Of a DNA stretch of 64,000 nt, positions 10,834 through 21,841 are shown one piece after another. The position numbers were made by a program, and so were the translations under genes. Position 1 is the first letter of the stretch; the number at the start of each line of letters is the position of its first letter. The notes under the pieces are model-generated. The model saw only the letters and a program-made list of their open reading frames with translations, was not told the origin of the DNA and did not search any database. Source of the stretch: Thecamonas trahens ATCC 50062 (lineage: Eukaryota; Protista; Apusomonadida); contig NW_013657644.1 of assembly GCF_000142905.1 (NCBI RefSeq), forward strand, positions 177,697 to 241,696, given 5' to 3'.

Positions 10834-11195
10834 GAAGCGACGTGCGGGACTGGGGCAGGGAGGAGGGAGAGGGGGGGGGGGGAGGAGAAGAGGGATGACT
10901 TTGCTCAGAACAGCACTCGGACGCCCACTAGTTCCCTGCAGAAGGGATGGCTGTCCGAGCAGGGGGAGAGTCGAGTGGGTGTGACTGTGGCAACGCGGGT
11001 GGTGAGGTGACCGCTCACTTTGCCGCGGTGTGCTTGTGGGTGTTCGAATGAGTTCGACACGTAGCGGTTTGCCGGGTCAGATCCGCATCGGCTGGCGAGA
11101 GAGCCCGCACGTCGACGCGGTGACGTGGCTGGGCGAGACGGTCGTGCTCGCGCTGTGTCAGACTCGCCTTGGCCAAGAGGTGAGAAGCTTTGAAG

Positions 11196-12122
11196 ATGAA
11201 CATTGCCATTGTGACTGTGGACGCCTTTACCGAGCATCGGTTTGGCGGGAACCCGGCCGGGGTGGTGGTGACGGCGGCGGCGCTGTCGGAGGAGGCGCAG
11301 CAGGCGTTGGCGACCGAGATGAACCTCGCCGAGACGGCGTTTGTGGTTGTCCGTGGCGCGACGGACGGCGAGCTCGATGCCGAGCTGCGGTGGTTTACGC
11401 CTGTGGCTGAGGTTGCGCTCTGCGGGCACGCTACGCTTGCGGCGGCGCACGTGCTCCTCCACACGGCACAGGCCGACGAGGCGCTGGCGGGTCTCGGCAT
11501 CGATCGCGCCGGCCTCGAGCGAGTGGCGTTTGAGAGCCGGCAGTCGGGCACGCTGACAGCGCGCCGGGCGGGTGACGGGAGCGCGCGCATCGTTCTCGAC
11601 TTTCCGGCCGAGGCTGCCATCGGCCCTGTGGCCGAGGACGTAGCGGCGGCAGCGGCGCTGGCTCTGCCCGAGGCTGTGCGCGGCAGCATTCGCGAAGTTG
11701 TCTACAACCGTATGGACGTGATGGTGGTGCTCGATTGCGCTGCGTTCGACTCGCCGGCCGCGTTTGCAAGCATGGACGTTGATCTGTCGGCGGTGGCGGC
11801 GGTGGAGACCCAACGCGGGGTGGTGGTGACGACTTCGTTCTGGACTCCGGAGAGTGACGCGGAAACGCCACATTTTGTCTCGCGGTGCTTCTTCCCGTGC
11901 CTCGGCGTGCCCGAGGACCCCGTGACCGGCTCGGCGCATTGCTTCATGGGCCCGTACTGGGCGGTTAAGCTGAATGTGGGAGCCGGGCCGCGAATGGCGG
12001 CGATCCAGATGAGCAAGCGGGTCGGCCACGTCGGGGTCCGGGTCACCGACGCCGGGCGTGTCGAGCTCGACGGCGCGGCGGTCGCCGTGGGGCGGTACGA
12101 GGTGCTTGAGCCGATTGCGTGA
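11196..12122 (+). CDS. PhzF/PBLD family isomerase
   Basis: VDAFT...GGNPAGVV, EMNLAETAF, LRWFTPVAEVALCGHATLA, EDPVTGSAHC. Confidence 0.93.
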   Translation: MNIAIVTVDAFTEHRFGGNPAGVVVTAAALSEEAQQALATEMNLAETAFVVVRGATDGELDAELRWFTPVAEVALCGHATLAAAHVLLHTAQADEALAGLGIDRAGLERVAFESRQSGTLTARRAGDGSARIVLDFPAEAAIGPVAEDVAAAAALALPEAVRGSIREVVYNRMDVMVVLDCAAFDSPAAFASMDVDLSAVAAVETQRGVVVTTSFWTPESDAETPHFVSRCFFPCLGVPEDPVTGSAHCFMGPYWAVKLNVGAGPRMAAIQMSKRVGHVGVRVTDAGRVELDGAAVAVGRYEVLEPIA

Positions 12123-12160
12123 GAATCAAAGAGGCACGCGTGTTATTTCCAGCAGACGAG

Positions 12161-14023
12161 TCATGCAGAGTCGTCCATGGTCGCCAGCTCGTCGTCGGTG
12201 AGGGCGAGGACGCGCTCCGATGTTGACGGGATGTGCTCACCGAGCTCGGGGTGGAAGAATAGCATCTCGTTGTAGACGAGGCGGCGAATGGTAGGGATGG
12301 ACAGCTTGGTCTGCTCAAAGTCAAACTGCAGGAACTTGTCCTTGGACTTCTTCTCGTCGGCCTCGTTGCGGTAGTCCTGCAGGAACGGGTGCTCGAGCGC
12401 CTCCTCGGCCGTCGGGCGGTCGAGCGGGTTCCACTGAAGCAGCGTCTCGAGGAGATCGATGGCCTCGGCCGAGGCGCGCGGAAAGAGCTCGCCAAACGGC
12501 TTGCGCTCGACCTTGCGGTACGACTTGACGTAGCGCCGGGCGTTCTTGTTGAGGATGCTGTCGATGACATCGTCGGCGGGCGTGCCGACAAGCTCAAGCG
12601 TCAGCGCGAGCTGCTGCACCTGATCGCGCCCGGGGAGGAGTACCGTCCGGCCCAGCATCTCAGCAAGGATGCATCCGGCTGACCAGATGTCGACGGGCTT
12701 ACCGTATGCGCGGCGGTCGCAGATCACCTCGGGCGCGCGATACCACCGGGTCACCACGTACTCGGTGTAGACGGCCGAGTCGGACGCACCAGCGACGTTC
12801 ATATCCGCCGGCGCATCGCCCGGCGCCAGCGCATCGAGCTCGTCGGCCACCGCGGCTTCGTCGACCCGCGAGAGGCCAAAGTCGCAGATCTTGAGCTGCG
12901 AGTCGGCGTTGACCAGCAAGTTCGACGGCTTGAGGTCGCGATGCAGCGTGTTAGCCGAATGCAAGTACTTGAGGCCCTTGAACAGCTGGTACATAAAGTA
13001 CTTGAGGTGCGCCTCCTCCAGCGGCTGGTCAGACTGGATGATCTGGTGCAGATCCGTCTCCATCAAGTCGGTCACCACGTACAGATCCTGGAACGTGTCG
13101 GTAATGCCGTGCGGAATCGACATGATGTCCTTGAGCGAGATGATGTTGGGATGGTCCAGCTGCGCAAGGATCTTCAACTCCCGCAGCGTCCGCTTGGCGT
13201 CCACCACATGCACAAACGGGTTGATCTTCTGCTCTCATCCTCCGTACGAGATGGGCAATCGGTCGGCGTGAGTAAGTCCCCTTCCCCCTCCCCCCTTTCC
13301 CTCCTCCACTTGCCCCAACTTCCCATCCACGCACCTTGATAGCAACCTCTTCGCCCGACGACGTGTCCACACCCTTGACCACCGTTCCTAACCACCCGCT
13401 CACCCCGTGGGTGGTCGGTGTGAGTATGACACGACCAGAGCAGAGGAGGGTCTTGCCTGAGCCAAAGGCACGCGGCGACGGCATGTACTCCTTCTCCGCG
13501 TTTCCCTACCCCTTCCCTTCCACTCCCCCCCCTCCCCCCTTCCCCCCCCTCCAAACACACCCAGCCCTGGTTCCCCCCCCCCCCCCCCTTCACCCCTCCC
13601 ACTCCCTGCTACTACACCCGTCTTGGTTGCTGCTCCCCGAATGCCGCTCTCTCGACCGCCTCTCGCCCGTGCCCACGAGCAACCGCCACCCCCCCCCCTC
13701 CCCCCTCCCCCCTNNNNNNNNNNNNNNNNNNNNNNNNNNNNNNNNNNNNNNNNNNNNNNNNNNNNNNNNNNNNNNNNNNNNNNNNNNNNNNNNNNNNNNN
13801 NNNNNNNNNNNNNGTACCCGTACCCTTCCCGTTCCGGTCCCGGTCCGTCCCGTACCGTACCGTACCCTACCCCTACCCCCTACCCCCCTCCCCCCTCCCC
13901 CCTTCCCCCCCCCCCCCACCTACCAAAGGCGCCCTTGCCGAGAGCGCCGGTAATCTTGTAGCGCGAGTCGACGTCAAAGACAATTGAGTCTCCGATGGTG
14001 TATCGGACCTTGTTGGCCGCCAT
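12161..14023 (-). CDS. Mitogen-activated protein kinase, TEY/ERK-like; exons 14023-13924, 13387-13335, 13228-12161
   Basis: GKGAFG, VAIKK, AKRTLRE, HRDLKPSN, DFGL, TEYVVTRWYRAPE; splice sites preserve the frame; intron 1 spans an N-gap. Confidence 0.93.
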
Positions 14024-14122
14024 GGTCGAGGGTGCGGAGACAAGCGTTGCGCCGCGGCTGGGCTTAGGCGAGTTTGGCGTTGGTGGTTGGTTTACGAGGC
14101 TACACTGTCTCACTGGAGCCAC

Positions 14123-15363
14123 TTAGGCCATCATCGAGGCCTCGAGCTCGCGGAGCTCACGCTCCTCGTCAGTCTCGCCGGCGGCAGCAACAGGGGTGTG
14201 TGTCGGTACGTTGGGCGTGGCAGGGAGCGCGACGGACGGCAGCGAGGTCGACGGCGCCTCAACTCCCAGGAACTCGTCGTCGAGCGCCTGCTGCTCCATT
14301 GCCTCCAGTTCGGCCTCTAGGTCGTCCTCGTCCATGTCCAGGCCGCCCAGCGGCTGAGAGAGCGCCTCGCCGATCTCGGCGGCAATGTCCTGCTGCTCAC
14401 GGACCTCGTCGAGCGTGTCCTCCACGTCGTCGATGGTCATGTTGTTGTGTGCCTGCCGCAGGCCTGCCGCACCCGCCCGCGCAGCCTCAAGAACCTGCAC
14501 GTTGGTTGACGCCATCTCCAAGCTCATGATCTGCTGTTCCAGCGTCATCCGCGAGCCCGCCAGCTGGTTGAGCTGGTTCTCGTACACTGCCGTTTGCGCC
14601 GCCGCTCGCAAGTGAGTCACTGCACATCCTCCCTGCCTCGTCTCCCTCCCCTCCCCCTTCCTCTCCCTCTTCGCCTTTCTGCCTACCCTTCTTGCGCTTG
14701 AGCGCCGCCAGCGCCTGTCGCCGGTTGGTCTTGGAGTACTTCTTGGCCGTCGCCAGCTCCTTGTTGATCTTGGACTCAATGTGCGCCTCGCGCTTGTCCT
14801 GCACCATGCTCCGCCCATGCCCCGCTCGGTAAGTCCCCTGCACCCACCCTTACTCCCTGCCTTCCCCTCTTTACATCCTCTCTCACCCTCTCTTTCACCA
14901 CTTCCGTCCCTCCTTCCAATCTCCACGCCCACATCCGGCCACCTCCGTCACACTCGGAATTCCAACCACAGCGTCGCAATTGGGGGGCGGCAGCAGCAAC
15001 AGGGCGCGGGCGGCGGCCATACCGTCCCCCCATCCCCACCAACGTTACTACCCGAGCCATGAATGCCCCCCTCCCCCTCTCTTCCCACTCCCCCCGCCCC
15101 CTCCCCGTATCCTCCCCCGCTCCCCTTTCCCTTCCCCCCCCCCCCCACCCCCCCACCTCTGGTGGCACGTGCGATGCCATGGGCCGAGTGTTCCTCACAA
15201 GACAGAAGGCCATGGCCACGCAGGCCATTGAAGGAGGGAGGGGCAGCGGGTGGGAGACCTGCTGTAGTCGGGTACGTACAAGAGTGTCCAGTGTCTCCCG
15301 AAGCTTGATGATCGAGTCGCGCGGCGTCGGCTCGGCCTTCTTCTTGCCGAACAGGTTGAACAT
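14123..15363 (-). CDS. SNF7: ESCRT-III subunit SNF7/VPS32/CHMP4; exons 15363-15280, 14798-14687, 14586-14123
   Basis: MFNLFGKKK...IIKLRETL, ALAALKRKK, IDDVEDTLDEVREQQDIAAEIGEALS, DEDDLEAELE; GT-AG introns keep the frame. Confidence 0.93.
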
Positions 15364-15731
15364 GGCGGGGAGAGAACGAGTGCAGTGTTGGCTGTGGAGC
15401 TCCGGGTCGGTGGGCCAGCCTGGAACTGGCCGACTCGGGGCCATTCCGCGGACTGCGGCTGCGACACAGATGTAGTGCGGAGGTTCTCTGGAGAATTCAT
15501 CGGCCTGGCACGGGTGCTTGCAAGGTACGAGGCGGTGGGAAGCAAGCGATTGATGTCGGTATCATGACAGCGTCCACGGCAGCGGCCAGTGTCGAAGCCA
15601 TCGAAGGCGGGCGCCGGCGAGAGGCTCGCCATCACACGCTGCGGCGAGTGAGACGCGCTGGCGGGGGGGAGGTAAGGCTTAGGTGGCAACACTCGAGTCG
15701 ACGCAGGGCGAGGGCAGGCGCGCGGGCAGGA

Positions 15732-18030
15732 ATGGCGAGCGAGGCGCGTGCGAACGCAAGCGAGTTGGTGGTCGAGGCGGTGATGACTGGCGGCAACGGG
15801 ACGCCCGGGGCGGTGTGCGGCTCGCCGTGCGGGGCGCTGGTGGCATACGCGGCGGGCCCGGCGGTGGCGGTCTGGCCGCGGGGCGGGGGCGTAGAGGCGA
15901 CGCTGACGTTCCCTTCGAAGCATGCAGCGCGAGTGACGGCTGTGGTGTGTCCGGACGCTTCGACGGTGATTGCTGGCAATGCGGCCGGCGTGGTCTTTGG
16001 CTGGCGGTGGTCGCCGGAGAAGCGAGTGTGGCGGGCGGCACTGCGCAAGGCACTCTACGTTGCGGCGGGCAAGAAGGATGCCAAACCTGTGGCGGCGCTG
16101 GCGGTTGGCGGGACCACGACTCGGCGGCTGGTTGCGGCGACCGACGCCGGTGGCGCGTTGGTTGTGTGGGAGGTGCCGGCGAGCGGATCGACGGGCTGGC
16201 CTGAGGTCTGCCGGACAACTGCGGCTGTTTCGGCGCTGGCGATCTCGCTAGCGGTGTGCAACGTGGGCGAGCGGGTTCTGGTGGCTGCAGGACGAGTTGA
16301 CGCGCGGCTGGGCTTGTATCTGGTGGCAGACGGGGCGCTCATTGCGCTGCCGCCTCTGGTTGGCCACGAGGATTGGGTCTCTTCGCTGGCGTGGCACGGG
16401 CCCTCTGGGCTGCTGGCCTCGGGTTCGCAGGACGCTCGGATCCGAGTGTGGCGACTCGAGTTGGGCGACGAAGCTGTACCGGCTAAGAGCGTGGGTGCGG
16501 CCGTGCTCGAGGCGGTCATTGGCGAGCAGGTGCTCCGCATCCGGCTCGAGTCAGTCTTGGCAGGGCACGATGGGTGGGTCACCGGCCTTGCCTGGCAGCC
16601 GGGCCCCGAGCTTGTTCTGGCGTCGGCGTCGATGGACAAGTCTGTGGCGCTCTGGGGCCCGCCGGCGAGCGCAGCCGGGGTGTGGGCCACGCTATGCCGG
16701 ATGGGCGAGCTCGGTGGCAACACACTCGGGTACCGGGCGGTTGCTTTGCCGGCGCTGGGCGTGTGCTGAGCATGCTGCACCATGGAGCGCTGCACGCGTG
16801 GGAAGTGGCTGACGTTGCAGCGCCGGTCCCGGTCCCAACGCCGTCGGGCCACTCGGGAAGTGTGACCGACGCGAGCTGGACACCGGACGGCAAGTTTGTG
16901 GTCTCGGTCTCCAAGGACCAGACCACCCGGTGGTTCGGGCGAGTTACTTCGGCGTGTGGCGCATGGCACGAGGTCGGCCGGCCGCAGATCCATGGCTTTG
17001 ACCTGACTGCAGCCGTTGTTGTCCCGCACACCGCGTACACATTGGTCTCGGGCGCCGAGGAGAAGATCCCTCGGGTCTTCCGTGCGCCGCGCACCTTTTT
17101 GGCGGGCCTTAACCGGCTGTGTGGAACTGAGTTGGCCATCGACGACCAGCTGCCGCTCGGTGCCAACGTGCCTGCGCTCGGTCTCTCGAACAAGGCTGTT
17201 GTCGATGGTGGCGAGAGTGCCTGTGCCGACGCCGGGAACTTTGAGTCGGAGATGCCTGTCCCGTTTGCGGCGGTCGAGGTTGGCGACCCGCCGCTGGAGG
17301 AGCATCTCATTCAGAACACGCTTTGGCCCGAGGTGCACAAGCTGTACGGCCACGGGTATGAAGTGTACAGCCTGGCGACGTCGCCGTGCGGGCGTCTGGT
17401 GGCGTCGTCGTCCAAGGCATCGTCGGCAAGCGCAGCGGGCATCCGGCTGTGGTCGACGAGCAGCTGGCGCGAGGCGTGTGAGCCGGTTAGCGGGCACAAA
17501 CTGACGGTTGTGGCCATGGCGTGGTCAGCCGACGGCAAGGTGCTTGTCTCGGCCTCGCGCGACCGCACGTTTGCTGTCCATGACGTTGACGTCGCCGACG
17601 ACGGCAGCGCGGCGGTCTCGACCCGGATGGTGGTCTCTGCGCATGCACGCATCATCTGGGACGTCGCGCTCTGTCCCACTGGAGCGCGTCTGGCGACGGC
17701 ATCGCGAGACAAGACGGTCAAGCTCTGGTCGCTGACCGATGGCTCGCTGCTGGCGACGGTGGTCAAGGCAAGCGCGCCGGCTACCGCGGTTGCGTTCTCG
17801 CCGCTCGGCGAGCTGGTTGTTGGCCTCGAGACAGGCAAGCTGACATGCTACCGCGAGGACGAGAGCGGCGCATGGTCCGAGGCCTGGTCCGCCCCAAGTT
17901 TGCCACCCACTCTGCTCGGGTTAACCGACTCGCGTACCATCCGTCCGGCACGCGGTTGATCTCGTGCGGCAACGATGGTAGCGTTCGGATCTGGCGTCGC
18001 TCGGCGGGCGAGGGGGACGGCGAGCAGTAG
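15732..18030 (+). CDS. ELP2: Elongator complex protein 2 (WD40); apparent 1-nt frameshifts at about 16745 and 17892
   Basis: GHEDWV, LASGSQDARIRVW, ESVLAGHDGWV, RMGELGGNTLG, WHEVGRPQIHGFD, ANVPALGLSNKA, QNTLWPEVHKLYGHGYE; last WD repeat lies in a third frame ending at 18030. Confidence 0.92.
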
Positions 18031-18157
18031 TGGCGTGGCGAGCAGCAGCAGAAAGTGACAATGAATGATGTTGCGGGTGACGACGGGCGGCGGGCGGGCG
18101 GGCGGGGCGACGGGCGACGGGTGGCGACAGGCGACGACACTTGTTTGTTCGTGCAAC

Positions 18158-19762
18158 ATGGCCGACTCTCCCGCGCAGACGCTGTCAGAGCTCACGGGCT
18201 TGCCGCAGGAGCAGGCCGCCGCATACCTGGACATGGCCGGTGGGTCGGTGGAGGCTGCGTATGCGCTGTATGCGTCGATGCTGGAGCCGGCGGGCGGAGG
18301 CAGCGATGGCGGTGGAGGCGGCGACGGCGGCGACCTTCCATTTGCGAAGCTCCCGTTCCGGTCACTGGTGTGGCCCGACGGGACGACGGAGCTGCCGGAA
18401 GCGTGGCTGGTGCAGGGCTTTGCGCTGGAGGCTCCCGGGCGCGGGATGGTGCAGCCGAAGAACGGGCCTTGTGGCCTTGTGGCGGCGGTCCTGGCCGGCG
18501 TGGTGGCCAACAAGCTCGCAGGCGTGGTTGCCGGGACGCAGGCGGCGGTCGAGGACTGGACCGACGCCGAAGCGCTGGCGGCAGTGGCGCAGATTGTGGT
18601 CCAGGCACGGACTGATGACAGCGCACCAGTTCACGTGGCGCGGTGGGCAGGCGAGGTGGGCGAGGCCATCGAGTGTGACCAAGTCTCAGCCGACGAGGTG
18701 GCGGCCACGCTGGTGCAGGCGGCTGAGGCCTGGCTGGGCGCCGGCGGCGCGCTGCTGCTGCTGTACTCGCTGGTGGCGACGCGGGGTGAGGCGCAGGTGC
18801 GGGCGGACATTGCGGCGGACGCCGGCGAGCCGCCGCTCATTGTGGGTCCTGCGCACCTGTGCTCGATGGAGCTGCTCTCGTTGGTTGTCCGTGGCTCTGC
18901 AAGCGGCAACGTGACGGCCTTCCATCCGCTCTCGCGCGCACCAGCTGACTGGACCGTTCCGCTCGGCTTTGGGCTCCTTTCCAAGTCGGAGCTGGAGATG
19001 GGGGTGCCTGTGGCGGACAGCCTCAAGTCACCGCGGCTGCCGGTGTGGATCCTGCATGGCGGCGACCACTTTACGACAGCCTGGCTGGATGTGGCGACGT
19101 TTGCGGCGATGCCCGAGGCGGCGGACTGCGTGCCGCCGGTTGGCGAGGATGCGCCGGTCCCATTCAACCTGGTCCACTGGAACGGGCTGCCGCCGGCTGG
19201 CCCGAGGCGGGCTGTGGTCCGCCTCACGCCGCGGACAACCGGACGAGCGGTGGCGGGCAAGGCACCCAAGGAGCTCCGCGACTCTTACGTGAAGAAAGTG
19301 CCTGGCGAGATCGATTCGATTGTGCAGGCGCATCCGGACGACAAGAAGAACGCTCCCGATGCGTGGAACACATGGCGATACGAGGTAGTGCTTGCGGTCG
19401 ACGAGCCGGACGTGGAAGGAGTGGAGCCCAACCCGAACGCCACGCCGCCGCCGACCTTTGACCTTGGCGAGCCACCTGTTGACACTGCCTGGCGGTGCGC
19501 GTCGTGCTATCGCGGGCGGTACAAGACGTTCTGCTTTGGCCTCAACGAGGCGGGTGCCACTGCCTGTCGCCACTGCGACAAGCCGATGGCCGACGCGGGT
19601 TGGTCACTGTGGATGCCGTACGATGATCTGCCCGGCTCTCAGCAGAGCACGGCCACGAATCGTCACGCACCAAACATCTACATTGTGCTCCGCCGCCGGT
19701 GGCCAGGCGCCAAGGTGGCCATGGTCGACGAGGACGAGGCCGCGCGCTGGCCGTCAGTCTAG
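18158..19762 (+). CDS. MINDY-3/4 (FAM188) family deubiquitinase with N-terminal UBA-like domain and RanBP2-type zinc finger
   Basis: QPKNGPCG (catalytic Cys), LKSPRLPVWI...GDHFT (catalytic His); LSELTG...AAAYLDMAGGSVEAA UBA-like; WRCASC...N...ACRHC. Confidence 0.85.
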   Translation: MADSPAQTLSELTGLPQEQAAAYLDMAGGSVEAAYALYASMLEPAGGGSDGGGGGDGGDLPFAKLPFRSLVWPDGTTELPEAWLVQGFALEAPGRGMVQPKNGPCGLVAAVLAGVVANKLAGVVAGTQAAVEDWTDAEALAAVAQIVVQARTDDSAPVHVARWAGEVGEAIECDQVSADEVAATLVQAAEAWLGAGGALLLLYSLVATRGEAQVRADIAADAGEPPLIVGPAHLCSMELLSLVVRGSASGNVTAFHPLSRAPADWTVPLGFGLLSKSELEMGVPVADSLKSPRLPVWILHGGDHFTTAWLDVATFAAMPEAADCVPPVGEDAPVPFNLVHWNGLPPAGPRRAVVRLTPRTTGRAVAGKAPKELRDSYVKKVPGEIDSIVQAHPDDKKNAPDAWNTWRYEVVLAVDEPDVEGVEPNPNATPPPTFDLGEPPVDTAWRCASCYRGRYKTFCFGLNEAGATACRHCDKPMADAGWSLWMPYDDLPGSQQSTATNRHAPNIYIVLRRRWPGAKVAMVDEDEAARWPSV

Positions 19763-19794
19763 CTGTGAAGAAGCAAGTGGTGCTCATGGTATTG

Positions 19795-21636
19795 TTACTC
19801 GTCGGTGTCGTCCGAGTCGGTCACGGTCGTGGTCGGCTCGTGCGACGACGACGACGGCCGAAGCTCGTACTCGGCGTATGTCTGTGCGTGACTCATGATG
19901 AACTCGACCTCTGAGACGCCAGTGTGAGGATCCCAGACTGCCGGCTCGGCGCCCGCCTTGGGATGGCGGACTCGCCACCAGGACTCGACGCCCTTGCGGT
20001 GATCAAACTCATAGTACGTCCACATGGCGCGGATGATGGTGGGCGGGACGGCCGGCTTGGAAATGAAAAACGTGTTCTCGATAAGGGTGTTGCCGGTGAG
20101 GAGCGCAGCGCAAAGCGACTTGAACCAGCCAGGGACAGACGGGCCGCCCCACGACGCCCGGTTGGGGAAGAGGAACCACATGCGCCAGTCGAGCCGTGGC
20201 ATATGAATCGGAGCATAAACCGGAGCGCGGGTGAGCGAGCCGGGCTTGTACTTGAACTCATACATGTGCCACGTCTTGCCGTTGTCGGACGAGCCAAACA
20301 AGTGGACTTCGGGTCGGTCTGTGGTCATGCGGGCAAAGAGACCGTAGCCATTGATGACGCGAAGCGGGGCAACGATAACGTACAGCTCGTACGCCTTGTC
20401 CGAGGCGGCAAAAAGGAGCTGGCTCGCGCGCCAATCAGAAGGCAAATACTCGAGCGGATCATAGTCGCGAAAGGCGTTGCGGATCTGGACGAGCGAGATG
20501 CCCGAAGCCACGACGGTGAGGCCAGCCCGACACGCGAGGCTGACGAGCGCCAGGACCAACCCCAGCCAGGAAGTCGGTGTTGCAGCTGCAGCCACCTGCG
20601 TTGTCCGTGCCGCAGACGCCATCGGGAGCGAGGAGTCCCACACAGGAACAATGCATAGGACTGCTGTGAGGTAGTTGAAGAATCCGTAGTTGCCCGAGGC
20701 GACAATGCCTGCCTGGAGAGCGGCAAAGGCAAGAAAGGCGAGCGCTGGAGGCGTGGGATGTGGAATCAAGACTAGAAACGGGACTGCCAGCTCAATCACG
20801 TGGTTGCCGACAACCGATGCGGCGTGGAGCGCGTGAGGTGCCATGGCAGCAAAGTACCCGCCGCGATGGGGCAGCGGCTGAGTAAAGTGATGATAGTCCA
20901 TAGCTGTGAGCTGGCGCCACGTCGGGCAGCGCGATGAGAGCTTGACGACGCCTGACGAGAAGAGGAGCTTGAACACAAGGAGCGCGCCGTAGTACGAGAC
21001 GAGGCGCGACGGAGCAACCGACGACGCAGCGACGGCGGCGTAGACGCCGGCCTCGACAAGGAGTGTGTCCCATTGGAATGAGCAGAACGACTGGCAAGCG
21101 ACAGTGAGCGAGAGATACAGGAGAGCTAGTGCACCAAAGACCGGCGCAGTGATGAGTGGCATCCACGCGAGCGGCACCGGGAGCGGCGCGGCCGGCACGA
21201 GGACAGCGGCCCAGAGCAGGGTTGAGACTGCTGCCAGAGTCTTGCCAGCAACAACGTGCGCGTCAAGCGCAGCGTCGAGTGAAAGCCGGGTCGTCACGCC
21301 TGGCCACGCGGTGTAGATCCAGAGTAGCGTCGGCGACCGCTGCCATGTGGTGAAGATCCAGGCCGCCGACGCGCGCCAGGTCGCCGGCGGTGCGCCGGCA
21401 GCCTTGGCGGCGACAAACGGCGGCGGGCTTCGTGGGCGGGCAAGGATACGGCCGATCGGTGTCAGGCCGCGAGACGAAGCTATCGCAGGGAGTTCGGAGC
21501 CGAGACAGGCAAAAGCGGCAAGGAAGACGAGTGAGAGGCCGAGGCTGAAGACGGCCCGGGCTGCGGTGGCCGAGGCCGAGGCGTTGTCGAGGGCGACTAG
21601 CGCCGAGAGAGCGGTCCATCCCCATGCGAGGAGCAT
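19795..21636 (-). CDS. Lipase maturation factor (LMF1/2) family membrane protein
   Basis: SFQWDTLLVEAG, FKLLFSSGVVKL, YHHFTQPLP, SGNYGFFNYLT, NGYGLFARMT, YEFKYKPG, HMPRLDWRMWF. Confidence 0.92.
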   Translation of the reverse strand: MLLAWGWTALSALVALDNASASATAARAVFSLGLSLVFLAAFACLGSELPAIASSRGLTPIGRILARPRSPPPFVAAKAAGAPPATWRASAAWIFTTWQRSPTLLWIYTAWPGVTTRLSLDAALDAHVVAGKTLAAVSTLLWAAVLVPAAPLPVPLAWMPLITAPVFGALALLYLSLTVACQSFCSFQWDTLLVEAGVYAAVAASSVAPSRLVSYYGALLVFKLLFSSGVVKLSSRCPTWRQLTAMDYHHFTQPLPHRGGYFAAMAPHALHAASVVGNHVIELAVPFLVLIPHPTPPALAFLAFAALQAGIVASGNYGFFNYLTAVLCIVPVWDSSLPMASAARTTQVAAAATPTSWLGLVLALVSLACRAGLTVVASGISLVQIRNAFRDYDPLEYLPSDWRASQLLFAASDKAYELYVIVAPLRVINGYGLFARMTTDRPEVHLFGSSDNGKTWHMYEFKYKPGSLTRAPVYAPIHMPRLDWRMWFLFPNRASWGGPSVPGWFKSLCAALLTGNTLIENTFFISKPAVPPTIIRAMWTYYEFDHRKGVESWWRVRHPKAGAEPAVWDPHTGVSEVEFIMSHAQTYAEYELRPSSSSHEPTTTVTDSDDTDE

Positions 21637-21841
21637 GGTGTGTGCATAAGGGGGAGAGGGGGGTTGGGTGGGAGAGGGGGCGGGTTTGGGGCTGAGGGGT
21701 GGAGTGGAGTGGGGATAAGTTGGGGTCGTTGCAGAACGGTAGGGCCGGGGCTTGCCCGGGCGTGGCGGCAGGACTCGCTGGTGGCCCAGCACACGACAAG
21801 GATGGGAACTAGATATCGCAGGGGGGGGGGGGGGGCTCGGT

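Noticed and set aside
11196-12122. Phenazine biosynthesis cluster
   Set aside because: Lone PhzF/PBLD homologs are widespread in eukaryotes; no other phz genes are present
15732-18030. ELP2 (and ACS, ERG28, PUF) as pseudogenes
   Set aside because: Motifs are intact and there are no in-frame nonsense codons beyond the single-base shifts
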